DNA of 64,000 bases from an uncultured Alphaproteobacteria bacterium. GTDB taxonomy: Bacteria > Pseudomonadota > Alphaproteobacteria > CAVTAV01. Shown here piece after piece: positions 29,459 through 39,459 of the stretch. Below the pieces are notes generated by a model. It had not been told where the DNA came from. It made no database searches and saw nothing but the letters and a program-made list of their open reading frames with translations. Both the position numbers and the translations under genes were made by a program. Position 1 is the stretch's first letter. Every line of letters begins with the position of its first letter. The stretch covers positions 18,321-82,320 of the forward strand of contig CAVTAV010000007.1 of assembly GCA_963732795.1 (NCBI GenBank), written 5' to 3'.

Positions 29459-31105
29459 TCATTCCGCTGCCTCCGGCAGCTCGACGGACTTCAAGGCCGG
29501 CTTGCCGAGCACTAGATCCGCCGCCTTCTCGCCGACCATGATCGCCGGTGCATTCGTGTTGCCGCGGGTGATGCGCGGGAAGATCGAGGCGTCGGCGACG
29601 CGCAGGCCGGCAATGCCGTGCACCTTGAGCTCGTGGTCGACCACGTCGTTCTCGCCCGGCCCCATGCGGCAGGAGCCGACGGGGTGGAACACGGTCACGG
29701 CGGTGTCGCGGATATAGGCTTCGATGTCCTCGTCCTTCTGGACCTCGGGGCCCGGCGCGATCTCGGTGCCGTGCAGGCTTTCGAAGGTCGGCGCGGCGAG
29801 GATCCGGCGCGACATCTTGAAGCCCTTGACCAGGGGCACGATGTCCTCCGGCACGCCGAGGAAATTCGGGTCGATGACGGGGGCCGCGCGCGGATCCGCG
29901 CTGGCCAGAGAGACCTGTCCCCGGCTTTCGGGCGCAAGCGCCACGATGTTCATGCCGTAGCCATGGCCCAAGGGCAGCGGGAATTTCGAGACATTGCGGT
30001 GGGCCGGGATGAAGACGATCTGGAGATCCGGTCGCTCCTGGTTCGGATCGCTTTTCACCAGTCCGTGGGCCTCATAGACGTTGCTCGCGAACGGTCCCGT
30101 CCGCGCCACGGCATATTGCAGCACGTTCCACACGCCGCGCGGAAAAGCCTTCAGCGAGATGCCGTAGGACTCGATGTTCTTGGTGCGCAGCTTGATCGTG
30201 GTGGCGAGATGGTCGTGCAGATGGCGCCCGACGCCGGGAAGCGAATGCACGACGTCGATCCCGTGCTTCTTGAGCTCTTCCGGATCGCCGATGCCCGAGA
30301 GCAGCAGGATCTGCGGCGAGCCGTAAGCGCCGCCCGAGAGCACGATATCGCGCTCCGATTTGATCGTCTGAACCTTGCCGTCGCGCTCGATCTCGACGCC
30401 GGTCGCGCGGCCGTTCTCGACGATCACCCGGCGGACCAGCGCTTCGGTCAGGATGGTCAGGTTCTCCCGGTTCCGGGCGGGCCTGAGGAACGCGGTCGCC
30501 GTGGACTCGCGATAGCCGTCCCGCATCGTGCCCTGGCGCTTGCCGAAACCTTCGGGCGCCGGGCCATTGAAATCGTCGCAGCGCGGATACTGCAGCATGT
30601 CGACGGCGTCGAGGAACCGCTTGATCAGCGGATTCGGCTTCGGCCGCGGGAACATCACGTTCAGCGGCCCGCCCTTGGCGTGATAGGGCCCGGCGGGATA
30701 GTCCTCGTTGTTCTCCGAGCGCAGGAAATAGGGCAGCACATCGGCATAGGACCAGCCGGGATTGCCGATTTCGGCCCAATGATCGAAATCTTCCTTGTGG
30801 CCCCGGTGATAGACCATGCCGTTGATCGAGCTGGTGCCGCCCAGAACCTTGCCGCGCGGGCTCGGGATCGGCCGGTTCGAGAGATGCGACTGCGGCGCGA
30901 GCGTGAAGTTCCAGTTCACGACCGGATGGCTCAGCAGCGCCGCGACCAGGGCCGGGACATGAATGAGCGGCGTCGAATCCTTCGGCCCCGCCTCGATCAG
31001 GCAGACGCGGTTTTTGGGATCCTCCGACAGCCGGTTCGCCAGCACGCAGCCGGCCGAGCCGGCGCCGACCACGATGAAATCGAAGCTGTTCTCGGTGTCC
31101 GCCAT
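29459..31105 (-). CDS. GMC-family oxidoreductase (choline/alcohol dehydrogenase-like)
   Basis: 548 aa. FDFIVVGAGSAGCVLANRLSEDPKNRVCLIEAGP, GGTSSINGMVY, and C-terminal HPVGSCRMG...VVDHELKVHGIAGLRVADASIFP. Confidence 0.9.
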   Translation of the reverse strand: MADTENSFDFIVVGAGSAGCVLANRLSEDPKNRVCLIEAGPKDSTPLIHVPALVAALLSHPVVNWNFTLAPQSHLSNRPIPSPRGKVLGGTSSINGMVYHRGHKEDFDHWAEIGNPGWSYADVLPYFLRSENNEDYPAGPYHAKGGPLNVMFPRPKPNPLIKRFLDAVDMLQYPRCDDFNGPAPEGFGKRQGTMRDGYRESTATAFLRPARNRENLTILTEALVRRVIVENGRATGVEIERDGKVQTIKSERDIVLSGGAYGSPQILLLSGIGDPEELKKHGIDVVHSLPGVGRHLHDHLATTIKLRTKNIESYGISLKAFPRGVWNVLQYAVARTGPFASNVYEAHGLVKSDPNQERPDLQIVFIPAHRNVSKFPLPLGHGYGMNIVALAPESRGQVSLASADPRAAPVIDPNFLGVPEDIVPLVKGFKMSRRILAAPTFESLHGTEIAPGPEVQKDEDIEAYIRDTAVTVFHPVGSCRMGPGENDVVDHELKVHGIAGLRVADASIFPRITRGNTNAPAIMVGEKAADLVLGKPALKSVELPEAAE

Positions 31106-31118
31106 GACCGGGCCCCGG

Positions 31119-31997
31119 TCAGTCCTCGACCTCGAAGCGCGACGAGTCGCCGTCCTTGACGATCCAGCCCGCCGTCGGGTCGCAGAAATGGCTGGCGATG
31201 ATGAAGGCCTTGCGGTCGCCGTAGCGTTTGACGAAATCGGCCCGGGTCGCGGCGCCCTGCGCCTTGTCGAAGTCGAAATTCGCCGGATGCTCGGGCAGCG
31301 CGATCTGGATCGGATGGTGCATCAGGTCGCCGGTGATGACCGCATCCTGGCCCTTGGACGAGATATGGACGCTGACATGGCCGGGCGTATGGCCGGGCGT
31401 CGGGAACAGACTGATTTCGTCCGTCACCTGATATTCGGTGCCGATGAACTGGGCGAGGCCGGCATCGATGACCGGCTCGATCGAATCCGAGAGATGCTCC
31501 ATATGCGGATCGCCACGCCGACGCTTCTCCTGCCAGACGTCCCATTCCTTTTGTCCGAAGAGATAGCGGGCATTGGGGAAGGTCGGCACCCATTTGCCGT
31601 CCACCAGCCGGGTGTTCCAGCCGACGTGATCGAAATGGAGATGGGTGCAGAGCACGGTGGTCACGTCTTCCGGCTTGTAGCCCGAGGCGGCCAAGTCCTC
31701 GAGGAACGAGCCCTGCATGTTGCAGAAGATGTCGTATTCGCGGACCCGGTCGTTGCCGATGCAGGTATCGACCATGATCAGCTCGGTGGGCGTCTTGACC
31801 ACGAAGCATTGGAACGAGATCAGCATGTCGCCGTCGGGCGTCGCGAAATGCGGCTGGAGCCAGTCGTATTTCTTCATCAGCTCGGGCGAGCCGCCTTCGA
31901 GCAAGACCGCGAGCGGGTCCTGATGGGCGTTCACTTCGACGATGCGCGTGACCCGGCAATCGCCGACCGTCCAATGCCGCAAATGTTCCTTGGCCAT
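31119..31997 (-). CDS. MBL-fold metallo-hydrolase
   Basis: 292 aa. The LCTHLHFDHVGWN (HxHxDH) motif and PTPGHTPGHVSVH. Confidence 0.8.
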   Translation of the reverse strand: MAKEHLRHWTVGDCRVTRIVEVNAHQDPLAVLLEGGSPELMKKYDWLQPHFATPDGDMLISFQCFVVKTPTELIMVDTCIGNDRVREYDIFCNMQGSFLEDLAASGYKPEDVTTVLCTHLHFDHVGWNTRLVDGKWVPTFPNARYLFGQKEWDVWQEKRRRGDPHMEHLSDSIEPVIDAGLAQFIGTEYQVTDEISLFPTPGHTPGHVSVHISSKGQDAVITGDLMHHPIQIALPEHPANFDFDKAQGAATRADFVKRYGDRKAFIIASHFCDPTAGWIVKDGDSSRFEVED

Positions 31998-32111
31998 GGT
32001 GCTGCTCTAAATCCCCCTGGTCTCTCAATCCGAACACGCCTCGCGGACGCATCCTACACTGGTATAACAATAATGCGCCCGGCGAAAGACCTTCGCCGCG
32101 CCGATTTTCGC

Positions 32112-32453
32112 CTAGGATTTGCCGTCGCCGTAGCGCAGAACGCTGACCTTTTCGAGGGTGACGAGGCCGCTGCCCATGATCTTGTCGAGCTCGGGCAGAA
32201 AGGCGTCGATCTTTTCCTTGGTATCGACGATTTCGATCACGATCGGCAGGTCCTCCGAGAGCCGTAGGATCTTTGCGGTATGGAGATGGCTCGAATGGCC
32301 GAAGCCCAGCGGGCCGCGCAACACGGTCGCGCCGGCGAGGCCGGCTTTCCGCGCCTTCAGCACGATCGCCTCATAGGCCGGATGGTGGTCCGCCCTGTCG
32401 TCCTCGCCGACGAAAATCCGCAGTAGGACCGCTTGCTCGGGTAGCGCGCTCAT
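32112..32453 (-). CDS. DUF190 domain protein (commonly co-transcribed with crcB)
   Basis: Start at ATG 32453 (MSALPEQAVLLRIFVGEDD...GATVLRGPLGFG...). Begins 8 nt after the crcB stop. Confidence 0.8.
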   Translation of the reverse strand: MSALPEQAVLLRIFVGEDDRADHHPAYEAIVLKARKAGLAGATVLRGPLGFGHSSHLHTAKILRLSEDLPIVIEIVDTKEKIDAFLPELDKIMGSGLVTLEKVSVLRYGDGKS

Positions 32454-32461
32454 GGGGCCTC

Positions 32462-32858
32462 CTATCGATTGATGGTAACGGCCAGGCTGTGGCCGAGCCA
32501 GACGCCCAACAGGCACAGGGCGACCGACAGCACGATGTTCCCCGTGGCCCAGAGCCATTCGCCGTCCTGCATGAGGTTCAGGGTCTGCAGGCTGAAGGAC
32601 GAGAAGGTGGTGAAGCCACCGCACACGCCGACCAGGATGAATTGCCGGCTGCCGGTGCCGATCAGGAGGCGGCCATCAGGGCCGGTCAGGGTGAAGACGA
32701 GACCGATCACCAAGGAGCCGGCGATGTTCACGAACAAGCGTGCCCCAAGGAAAGGTTTCGCCGAACCAGCGCGCAACGAGGCCGGAGCACCAATAGCGGC
32801 CGACGCCGCCGATCGCGCTCCCGAGCGCCACCCAGAGCGGGATCAGCGCGCTCGACAT
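32462..32858 (-). pseudogene. crcB: Fluoride ion channel CrcB, 1-nt frame disruption near 32735
   Basis: N-terminal ORF 32676..32858 (MSSALIPLWVALGSAIGGVGRYWCSGLVARWFGETFPWGTL). C-terminal ORF 32462..32776 (FVNIAGSLVIGL...GVCGGFTTFSSFSLQT). cgcttGttcgtg looks like a one-base insertion. A fluoride riboswitch lies upstream. Confidence 0.85.
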
Positions 32859-32944
32859 GGGTCTTGCGTCCGTCGCGACGGATCGATCGAGGATAGACGG
32901 ATCATGCGGGCCTCCTGGCTCGTTCCCCCTTGGTGGGTTGTTGA

Positions 32945-32993
32945 GGCAGGAGTCATCAGCCGGTCGCGGCGGTTATCGGGGGACTCCATCCCC
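32945..32993 (-). promoter_or_regulatory. Fluoride riboswitch (crcB RNA motif)
   Basis: The minus strand reads GGGGAUGGAGUCCCCCGAUAACCGCCGCGACCGGCUGAUGACUCCUGCC. P1 is GGGG/CCCC around AUGGAGU. P3 is GCCG-CGAC-CGGC. The conserved CUGAUGACUCCU has an ACUCC that pairs with GGAGU to form the pseudoknot. It sits 87 nt upstream of crcB. Confidence 0.85.
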
Positions 32994-33174
32994 ATCGACG
33001 TCGGTCGGATCGAACTTTACGTGGCGGCCTGAGAGCCAGTCAATACAGACGGGCTTGGCTCTCTGCGTCACCCCAGCGCAAGGCTGGGGTCCAGGGCGTC
33101 CGACGTTGCGCTCAACGTCTGACGTGGGGCTGGATGCCAGCCTCCGCTGGCATGACGACGGAGAGAGGTCGCCG

Positions 33175-33375
33175 TTAGCGGTTGATCAGCCACAGAATCG
33201 CGGTCAGGACCACGCTGACGACGATCGAGGTCATGATCGGGATATAGAGCTTGAAATTGCCGCGCTCGATCAGGATGTCCCCCGGCAAGCGGCCGAGACC
33301 GAGCTTCTCGCCGATCAGCCAGGCGACGCCGACCGCGATCAGGATGATGCCGAGAATGATCAGGAGCTTGGGCAT
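33175..33375 (-). CDS. DUF2905-family small membrane protein
   Basis: Start at ATG 33375. MPKLLIILGIILIAVGVAWLIGEKLGLGRLPGDILIERGNFKLYIPIMTSIVVSVVLTAILWLINR (66 aa). Confidence 0.75.
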   Translation of the reverse strand: MPKLLIILGIILIAVGVAWLIGEKLGLGRLPGDILIERGNFKLYIPIMTSIVVSVVLTAILWLINR

Positions 33376-33421
33376 GGCGGTACCGTTGCTCTGATGTAAG
33401 CTCTCCACGGCCCTTTGCCAA

Positions 33422-33787
33422 ATGGACGACCGCATGACCTACGAAGAGTTCAATGCCTTTTGCGACGCCCTGCCGGCCACGAGCTATGTGATGCAATGGG
33501 GCGATTCGCATGTCTGGAAGGTCGGCGGCAAGGTGTTCGCGATCGGCGGCTGGACGGACGGGCCGGGTTATACGTTCAAGGTCAGCGAGATCGCCTATGA
33601 GATGCTGCGGGACCAGCCGGGTTTGCGGCCCGCGCCTTATCTCGCCTCGCGCGGCTTGAAGTGGATCCAGCACTACTCGAAGCCCGGCCTCTCGGACGAG
33701 GACTTGAAATTCTATCTTCTCGAATCCTATCGCATCGTCTCCGAAGGGCTGTCGAAGAAGAAGCGTAAGGCAATTGGGCTATTGTAG
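33422..33787 (+). CDS. MmcQ/YjbR-family protein
   Basis: 121 aa. ...QWGDSHVWKVGGKVFAIGGW...YLASRGLKWIQ... matches the YjbR fold family pattern. Confidence 0.75.
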   Translation: MDDRMTYEEFNAFCDALPATSYVMQWGDSHVWKVGGKVFAIGGWTDGPGYTFKVSEIAYEMLRDQPGLRPAPYLASRGLKWIQHYSKPGLSDEDLKFYLLESYRIVSEGLSKKKRKAIGLL

Positions 33788-33829
33788 CGCGGTCCCGGAA
33801 TCCGCTTTGCTTGGGCCAAGGGGGATGTC

Positions 33830-35234
33830 ATGGCGAATGCACAAGAATACGATCTGGTCGTGATCGGCTGCGGCGCGGCCGGTTTGTCGGCGGCGGTGAG
33901 CTATGGTGCGGTCGCGGTCAGCCAAGGCCGCAAACCGCGGGTGGCCGTGCTGGAGCGGGCTAGCCGGGAGAATCGCGGCGGCGCGACCCGCTGGACCAGT
34001 TCCTGGTTTCGCATCACCGAGGACCGCAAGCCTCGATCCGAATTTCATCCCCCAGATGAAAGCTGTCTCGAACGGGATGGCCGATCTCGATTATTGCGAG
34101 GCGTTGTCGCGCGAAGTGACCGAAACTTTGGGTTTTCTCGAGCGAAACGGCGTCGAATTGATCTATTTTCCGCAGCCTTTCGCCAATCGTAACACCGGCG
34201 GCGGGCTCGGGATGCCGGCCAAGGGCGGGGTCGGGATCGTCGATGGACTGGCGGCGGCCGTCGAAGCGCACGCGCGGGCCTCGACATTCTCTATGAGACC
34301 GAGGCCCTGCGCCTCAGCCAGTCGGACGACGGCCGCGTCAACGGCGTCGTCACCCGCGGGCGCGACGGCTTGACCCGACGGCTCATGGCGCCGGCGGTCG
34401 TCATCGGTTGCGGCGGCTTCGAGGGCAACAAGGAGATGCTGACGCAATATCTCGGCAGCCGGGCCTGCGATCTGCCGCTGGTGGCGCCGACGCTCGTGAA
34501 CAATCGCGGCGAGGGGCTGCGCATGGCGATGGAGGTCGGCGCCGATACGGCCGGTCAGTTCGACATGTTTCACGGCGAGCCGATGGACCCGCGCTCGTCA
34601 AAGCCGGATGCCGTGATCTACGGCTATCCGTTCGGCATCGTCGTCAACAGCGCGGCAAAACGCTTCTTCGACGAAGGAAAAGACAGCTTCGATTCGACTT
34701 TCGAGGCGCTTTCTTTCGAGATCTGGCGCAATCAGGGCCAAAAAGCCTTCTTTATCGGCGATCAGACGACCCTCGAGCATCGATCATTGGGCCGATATCA
34801 ATCTCACCGACCAGCCCATGATCGAAGCGCCGAGCCTTGGGTCCCTCGCCGAAACGCTCGGCCTAGACGCCAAGGCGCTCGAAGCCACGGTCACGGATTA
34901 CAACGCCGCGATCGGCCCCGGCAATTTCGACCCGAAGATCTTCGACGGGACGGCGGCGATCGGCCTCGATCCGCCGAAATCCAATTGGGCGTTCCGGCTG
35001 GAGCGGCCGCCTTTCATCGCCTATCCCCTGACCTGCGCGATCACCTTCACCTTCGGCGGCATCCGCACCAACGCCCAGGCCCAGGTCGTCAGCCCCTCCG
35101 GTGCGCCCATCCCCGGCCTTTATGCCGCCGGCGAAGTCACCGGGCTTTATTATCACGTCTATCCGGCGGGAACCTCGGTGCTGAGGGCGGCGACGTTCGG
35201 GCGGCTTGCCGGGGCGCATGCCGCCTCGGCCTAG
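33830..35234 (+). pseudogene. FAD-binding flavoprotein (fumarate-reductase/TcuA-like), about 3 frame disruptions (near 34030, 34272, 34787)
   Basis: Four frame pieces: YDLVVIGCGAAGLSAAVS...RGGATRWTSSWFR; NGMADLDYCEALSREVTETLGFLERNGVE...; VVIGCGGFEGNKEMLTQYLG...; and IDHWADINLTDQPMIEAPSL...GLYAAGEVTGLYYHVYPAGTSVLRAATFGRLAG. Confidence 0.75.
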
Positions 35235-35282
35235 CCGTAGGGCACGAGTGTGCTAAATTCGGAAAAGAAAGGAGCCCGCGTC

Positions 35283-36159
35283 ATGGAGATCGTTCACGCG
35301 GATTCGGTCCGGACCGACGACGATCCTTTGCCGCATCGCCATGGCGGTATCGCGATCGATTACCTGTTTACCGGCGAGGAAAGCACGCCGGACAATTTCT
35401 CCTGGTCGATCGGGCATGAGACCTCGGAATATTATTCGCCGCGCCACCGGCACAATTTCGACCAGATCCGCTATTGCATCTCGGGCAGTATCCCGATCGG
35501 GCCGCATCTGACCGTCGACGAGGGCGAGGTCGGCTATTTTCCCGAAGGCGTCCATTACGGGCCGCAGGAAGGTGGGCCGAACCGCGAAACCCTGGTGCTG
35601 CAATTCGGCGGGGCCAGCGGTCAGGGCTATTTGAGCGCGCGGCAGCTCAAGGCGGGCCATACCGCGCTCCTGGACGAGGGCCGGTTCGAAAAGGGCGTTT
35701 TTCGGCGTACCTCCGGCGAAGGCAAGAAGAACCAGGATAGCTATGATGCTATCTGGCAGAAGGTATCGGGCCGGCCGCTCGAATACCCCAAGCCGCGTTA
35801 CAAGGCGCCGATCGTGATGAAGCCGGAGAATTTCGACTGGGTGCCGGTGCCCGAGTCTCCGGGCGTCTGCCGGCGTGTGCTCGGGCGCTTCGGCGAGCGC
35901 GGGGTTGGCATCGATTTCCTCGCGATCCCGCCGGGCGAGGGCCATGATATGGGCCGCTCCGAGGCCCGGCGGCTGGTTTTCGTCTGCCGCGGCATGGGAA
36001 AACTCGCGCGGCAATTCCTATTCGCGGCACTCGGCGGTTCGTCTGGAGCCCGGCGAGTCGGTTCGCTTCGAAGCCGGCGACGATACCGAGCTTTTCGTCA
36101 TCACGCTTCCGATGATCGGCGAATCGTCCGTCCAAGCCGCGTCCGCCGCGGCGGAATAG
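35283..36159 (+). pseudogene. Cupin-domain protein, frame-disrupted near 35995
   Basis: Start at ATG 35283, preceded by AAAGGAG. SPRHRHNFDQIRYCISGSI...GEVGYFPEGVHYGPQ is the first cupin. The second cupin tail (AVRLEPGESVRFEAGDDTELFVITLP) is in the frame of ORF 35875..36159. Confidence 0.6.
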
Positions 36160-36275
36160 GCGGCATCGCGTCTCATCCGGGCTTTTGCTATTGCAAATTC
36201 TCGCCCCAAGAGGGGAGTATGCGCCACCGCGCGCCGGGGCGAAGGACCGTGAAATCAAGGTCGGAGGAGAGGCAC

Positions 36276-37035
36276 ATGCTGCAGCTTTATCATTGGGAGC
36301 CCAATGCGAATTCGGGCAAACCGATGCTTACGCTCGCCGAAAAAGGCGTGCCCTATGAGAGCCATTACCTGGATCTTTTGAAGATGGACCAGCACAAGCC
36401 GGACTATCTCAAGGTCAATCCGGACGGCACGATCCCGGCGATGGTCGATGGCGACCGCGTGCTCACCGAATCCACCCCGATGATGGAATATGTCGACGAG
36501 AAATTCGACGGCCCGCCGCTGCGCCCGGAGCGATCCCAAGGAGCGCTGGCGGATGCGCTGGTGGATGCGCTATTTCGATTCCTATTTCGCGCCGTCGGTC
36601 AGCATGATCGGCTGGAACATGTTCGTCGGCCCGTCGGCCCGCACCCGCGATCCCGAGGAGATGAAGGCGGCGATCGAGAAGATTCCGCTCGAATCCCGCC
36701 GCGTCGCCTGGCGCAAGGCGCTGTTCAATGAGTTCACCGAGGACGAGCTCGCCGAATCCCGCCGCCGCACGATCTTCTCCATCGGCATTCTGGAGCAGCA
36801 TCTGACGCACCATCCCTTCATCGCCGGCAATTCCTACAGCCTCGGCGACATCAACGGCTTCAACCTCGCCTATGCGCTGCCGTTCTCCCAGCCGGACCAC
36901 TGCAACGACGACAAGACGCCCAAGATCATGGCTTGGCTCCGGATGATCTATGCCCGTCCGGCGACCAAGGAGACCTGGGCCAAGGGCCGCACCGAACTGG
37001 CCTCGCGCTTGACGAAGCTCGAGCCGAAGAAATAA
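36276..37035 (+). pseudogene. Glutathione S-transferase family protein, frame-disrupted near 36530
   Basis: The N-terminal thioredoxin-like part MLQLYHWEPNANSGKPMLTLAEKGVPYE...VLTESTPMMEYVDE is in one frame. The C-terminal part DPKERWRMRWWMRYFDSYF...FIAGNSYSLGDINGFN is in ORF 36490..37035. gagCgat looks like a one-base insertion. Confidence 0.8.
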
Positions 37036-37051
37036 GGCGGGGAGGGGAACA

Positions 37052-37837
37052 ATGATCGAGCTTTATCACGCCGAGCCGAACGTCTCTTATCTGAAGCCGC
37101 TGATCGCGCTCAAAGAAAAGAACGCCGATTTCCAGGCCCATTATTTCGATCCGACGAAGTTCGAGCAGTTCGGCCCGAATTTCCCGCGCAACATGGAATC
37201 CGATCTGCAGTTGGAGCGCGAGGGCCCGGTCCTGGTGGACGGCAGCGAGGTCATTTCGAGCTCGTTCTTCATGCTCGAATACATCGCCGACGCCATCGAG
37301 GGGCCGGATCTCAATCCCGGCGACGCGTTCAATCACTATCAGGCCCGCGCCTGGGGCCAGTTTCTCGGGCTCTCGCTCGGGCCGATCGTCGGCGCGCTGG
37401 GTTGTGCGAAATATCTCGCACCCGCGCTCAAGACCCGCGATCAGGACGAGCTCAAGGCGGCGATCGCCCGGATCGAGCCGGTGGAGCGGCGCAACGCCTG
37501 GATGGCGGTGATCGATGGCAGCTTCACCAAGGAGTCCGAAAAGGCCGCCATCGAACGGTCCAAATTCCCGGTGAAGCGGGTCGACGGTTGGCTCGGCGGC
37601 AATCCCTGGATGACCGGCCCGGCCTATTCGATTTCGGACATCGATACCTTCGCGCTGATGGCGCCTTTGGCCGATCTCGCGCCCGAGGTCGTCAATGCCA
37701 CCGCGACCCCGAACCTCGTCGCCTTCCTCAAGAAGATGCGGGATCGCGAGGCCGTTCAGGCGGCGCTCGCCATGAGCAAGACCGGCAAGCCGCAGGAGTT
37801 CTACGTCCCCGGCGCCGAGCCATCCCGCTGGGGCTAA
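37052..37837 (+). CDS. Glutathione S-transferase family protein (paralog of the preceding gene)
   Basis: 261 aa, intact. MIELYHAEPNVSYLKPLIALKEKNADFQ...VISSSFFMLEYIAD...WMTGPAYSISDIDTF parallels the upstream GST. Confidence 0.8.
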   Translation: MIELYHAEPNVSYLKPLIALKEKNADFQAHYFDPTKFEQFGPNFPRNMESDLQLEREGPVLVDGSEVISSSFFMLEYIADAIEGPDLNPGDAFNHYQARAWGQFLGLSLGPIVGALGCAKYLAPALKTRDQDELKAAIARIEPVERRNAWMAVIDGSFTKESEKAAIERSKFPVKRVDGWLGGNPWMTGPAYSISDIDTFALMAPLADLAPEVVNATATPNLVAFLKKMRDREAVQAALAMSKTGKPQEFYVPGAEPSRWG

Positions 37838-37916
37838 TCTCTCGCGGCGGTGCCCTTTTCGTGGCATAGTCTAAACAGAGGGAGATCCACTCTGGTTCGA
37901 AGGGGGGCGCGTAATC

Positions 37917-38468
37917 ATGACCGCCACTACCGCCACGACGCTGGATCAACAGCGAGCCGAGTTTGCCCGAAATCCGTTTCTGGCGATGCCTATCGCCGGG
38001 ACAATCATGTGGATATTGATCGGCATTGCCGGAGCGATATTGCCGCTGGGCTTGGCGCTATGGGCGCTTTTCATCGGCACCGGCGTGATCTTCTCGGTTG
38101 GGCTGCTCGTCGCTCGGTTCACCGGCGAAGACCTTTTGGGCAGAACCCGGCCCGGCAATCTGTTCGACCGACTGTTCTTCCTGACGATGGTGATGGCCTG
38201 GCTGGTGTTCGCCATCGCCGTCCCGTTCGCCATCGCCGATCCCACATCCGCGCCGCTGTCGGTCGGCATTCTGTCGGGTCTGATGTGGATTCCGTTTTCC
38301 GCGATGATCGACCATTGGGTCGGCTTGTTCCACGGCTTCACCCGGACGACCGCGGTCCTGGTGGCCTGGTACGCCTTTCCGGACCATCGCTATGTCGCGA
38401 TCCCGGCCGTGATCGTGGCCATCTATCTGGTGACAATCTACGTCCTGGCAAGGCGTCCGCGCGCCTAG
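37917..38468 (+). CDS. Hypothetical integral membrane protein
   Basis: 183-aa ORF with about 5 hydrophobic segments. I do not recognise the family. Confidence 0.55.
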   Translation: MTATTATTLDQQRAEFARNPFLAMPIAGTIMWILIGIAGAILPLGLALWALFIGTGVIFSVGLLVARFTGEDLLGRTRPGNLFDRLFFLTMVMAWLVFAIAVPFAIADPTSAPLSVGILSGLMWIPFSAMIDHWVGLFHGFTRTTAVLVAWYAFPDHRYVAIPAVIVAIYLVTIYVLARRPRA

Positions 38469-38475
38469 GGAGGGC

Positions 38476-39459
38476 TCAGGCCGCTTCGGCGGCGACGTCA
38501 TCGCATTTGTGCACCTCGATCGTCGCATGGACGATGTTGAGGTCATGGGGGATCCGTTCGCGATAGGCGTCCGGTGCGGCCGGGGCGTGGCTGACGATGC
38601 TGATCGAGGCGGCGTATATGCCGGGGCCGACCGACCAGACATGAAGGTCGGCAATCCGGTCGTCGCCGGTTTCCAGCGCGTCGCGGATCGGCTGGACCAT
38701 GGTTCGGGGCGCCTGCCAGTCCAATAGGACCTTGCCGGTATCGCGGAGCAGGCCGTAGGACCAGCGGAAAATCAGCACCGCGCCGACGATGCCCATCACC
38801 GGGTCCATCCAGACCGCGCCGAAATATTTCCCGGTCGCCAGCGCGACGATCGCGAGCACCGAGGTCAACGCGTCGGCAAGGACATGGAGATAGGCCGCGC
38901 GCAGATTGTGATCGTGATGGTGATGATCGTGGTGGTCATGTCCATGGTCATGGTGATGATCGTGCCCGCCCAGGAGCACGACCGCGCTCACCACATTGAC
39001 CACAAGCCCGAGGACGGCGACGAAGATCGCTTGGTTGAACTCGATGCTGATTGGCGCCATCAGCCGGCGGGTGCTCTCCCAGGCCATGGCCGCCGCGAAG
39101 ATCAGCAGCAACAGCGCGCCGGTGAAGCCGCCCAGCGAGTTGATCTTGCCCGTGCCGAAGGAAAGCCGCGCATCCCCCGCGAACCGGCGGGCGAAAACAT
39201 AGGCCATCATCGCAATGCCGAGCGCGAGCGCATGGGACGCCATATGCAGGCCGTCCGCCAAGAGCGCCATCGAGCCGAACGCGATGCCGGCCACGATCTC
39301 CGCGACCATCATGACCGCGGTCAGGAGCACAACGATCAGCGTTCGCTTCTCGCCCGGTTTTTCCCGATCCTGGCCGAAGATGTGATCGTGCCGCCACGCG
39401 TCCAATGATTTGGTATGCATCTCGCCGTTCCGAGCCTTAGATGAATAGCTTGCCTTCAA
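38476..39459 (-). CDS. Cation diffusion facilitator transporter (DmeF/CzcD-like, His-rich loop)
   Basis: HDHIFGQDREKPGEKRT..., LLADGLHMASHA, His-rich loop GGHDHHHDHGHDHHDHHHHDHN and LHVLADALTS. An alternative start at ATG 39420 (MHTKSLD) would avoid overlap with the upstream gene. Confidence 0.85.
   Translation of the reverse strand: MKASYSSKARNGEMHTKSLDAWRHDHIFGQDREKPGEKRTLIVVLLTAVMMVAEIVAGIAFGSMALLADGLHMASHALALGIAMMAYVFARRFAGDARLSFGTGKINSLGGFTGALLLLIFAAAMAWESTRRLMAPISIEFNQAIFVAVLGLVVNVVSAVVLLGGHDHHHDHGHDHHDHHHHDHNLRAAYLHVLADALTSVLAIVALATGKYFGAVWMDPVMGIVGAVLIFRWSYGLLRDTGKVLLDWQAPRTMVQPIRDALETGDDRIADLHVWSVGPGIYAASISIVSHAPAAPDAYRERIPHDLNIVHATIEVHKCDDVAAEAA

Noticed and set aside
35250-36731. 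A single 493-aa ORF.
   Set aside because: It joins a cupin gene (in frame only to about 35995), non-coding or out-of-frame sequence, and the N-terminal half of a GST gene starting at 36276.
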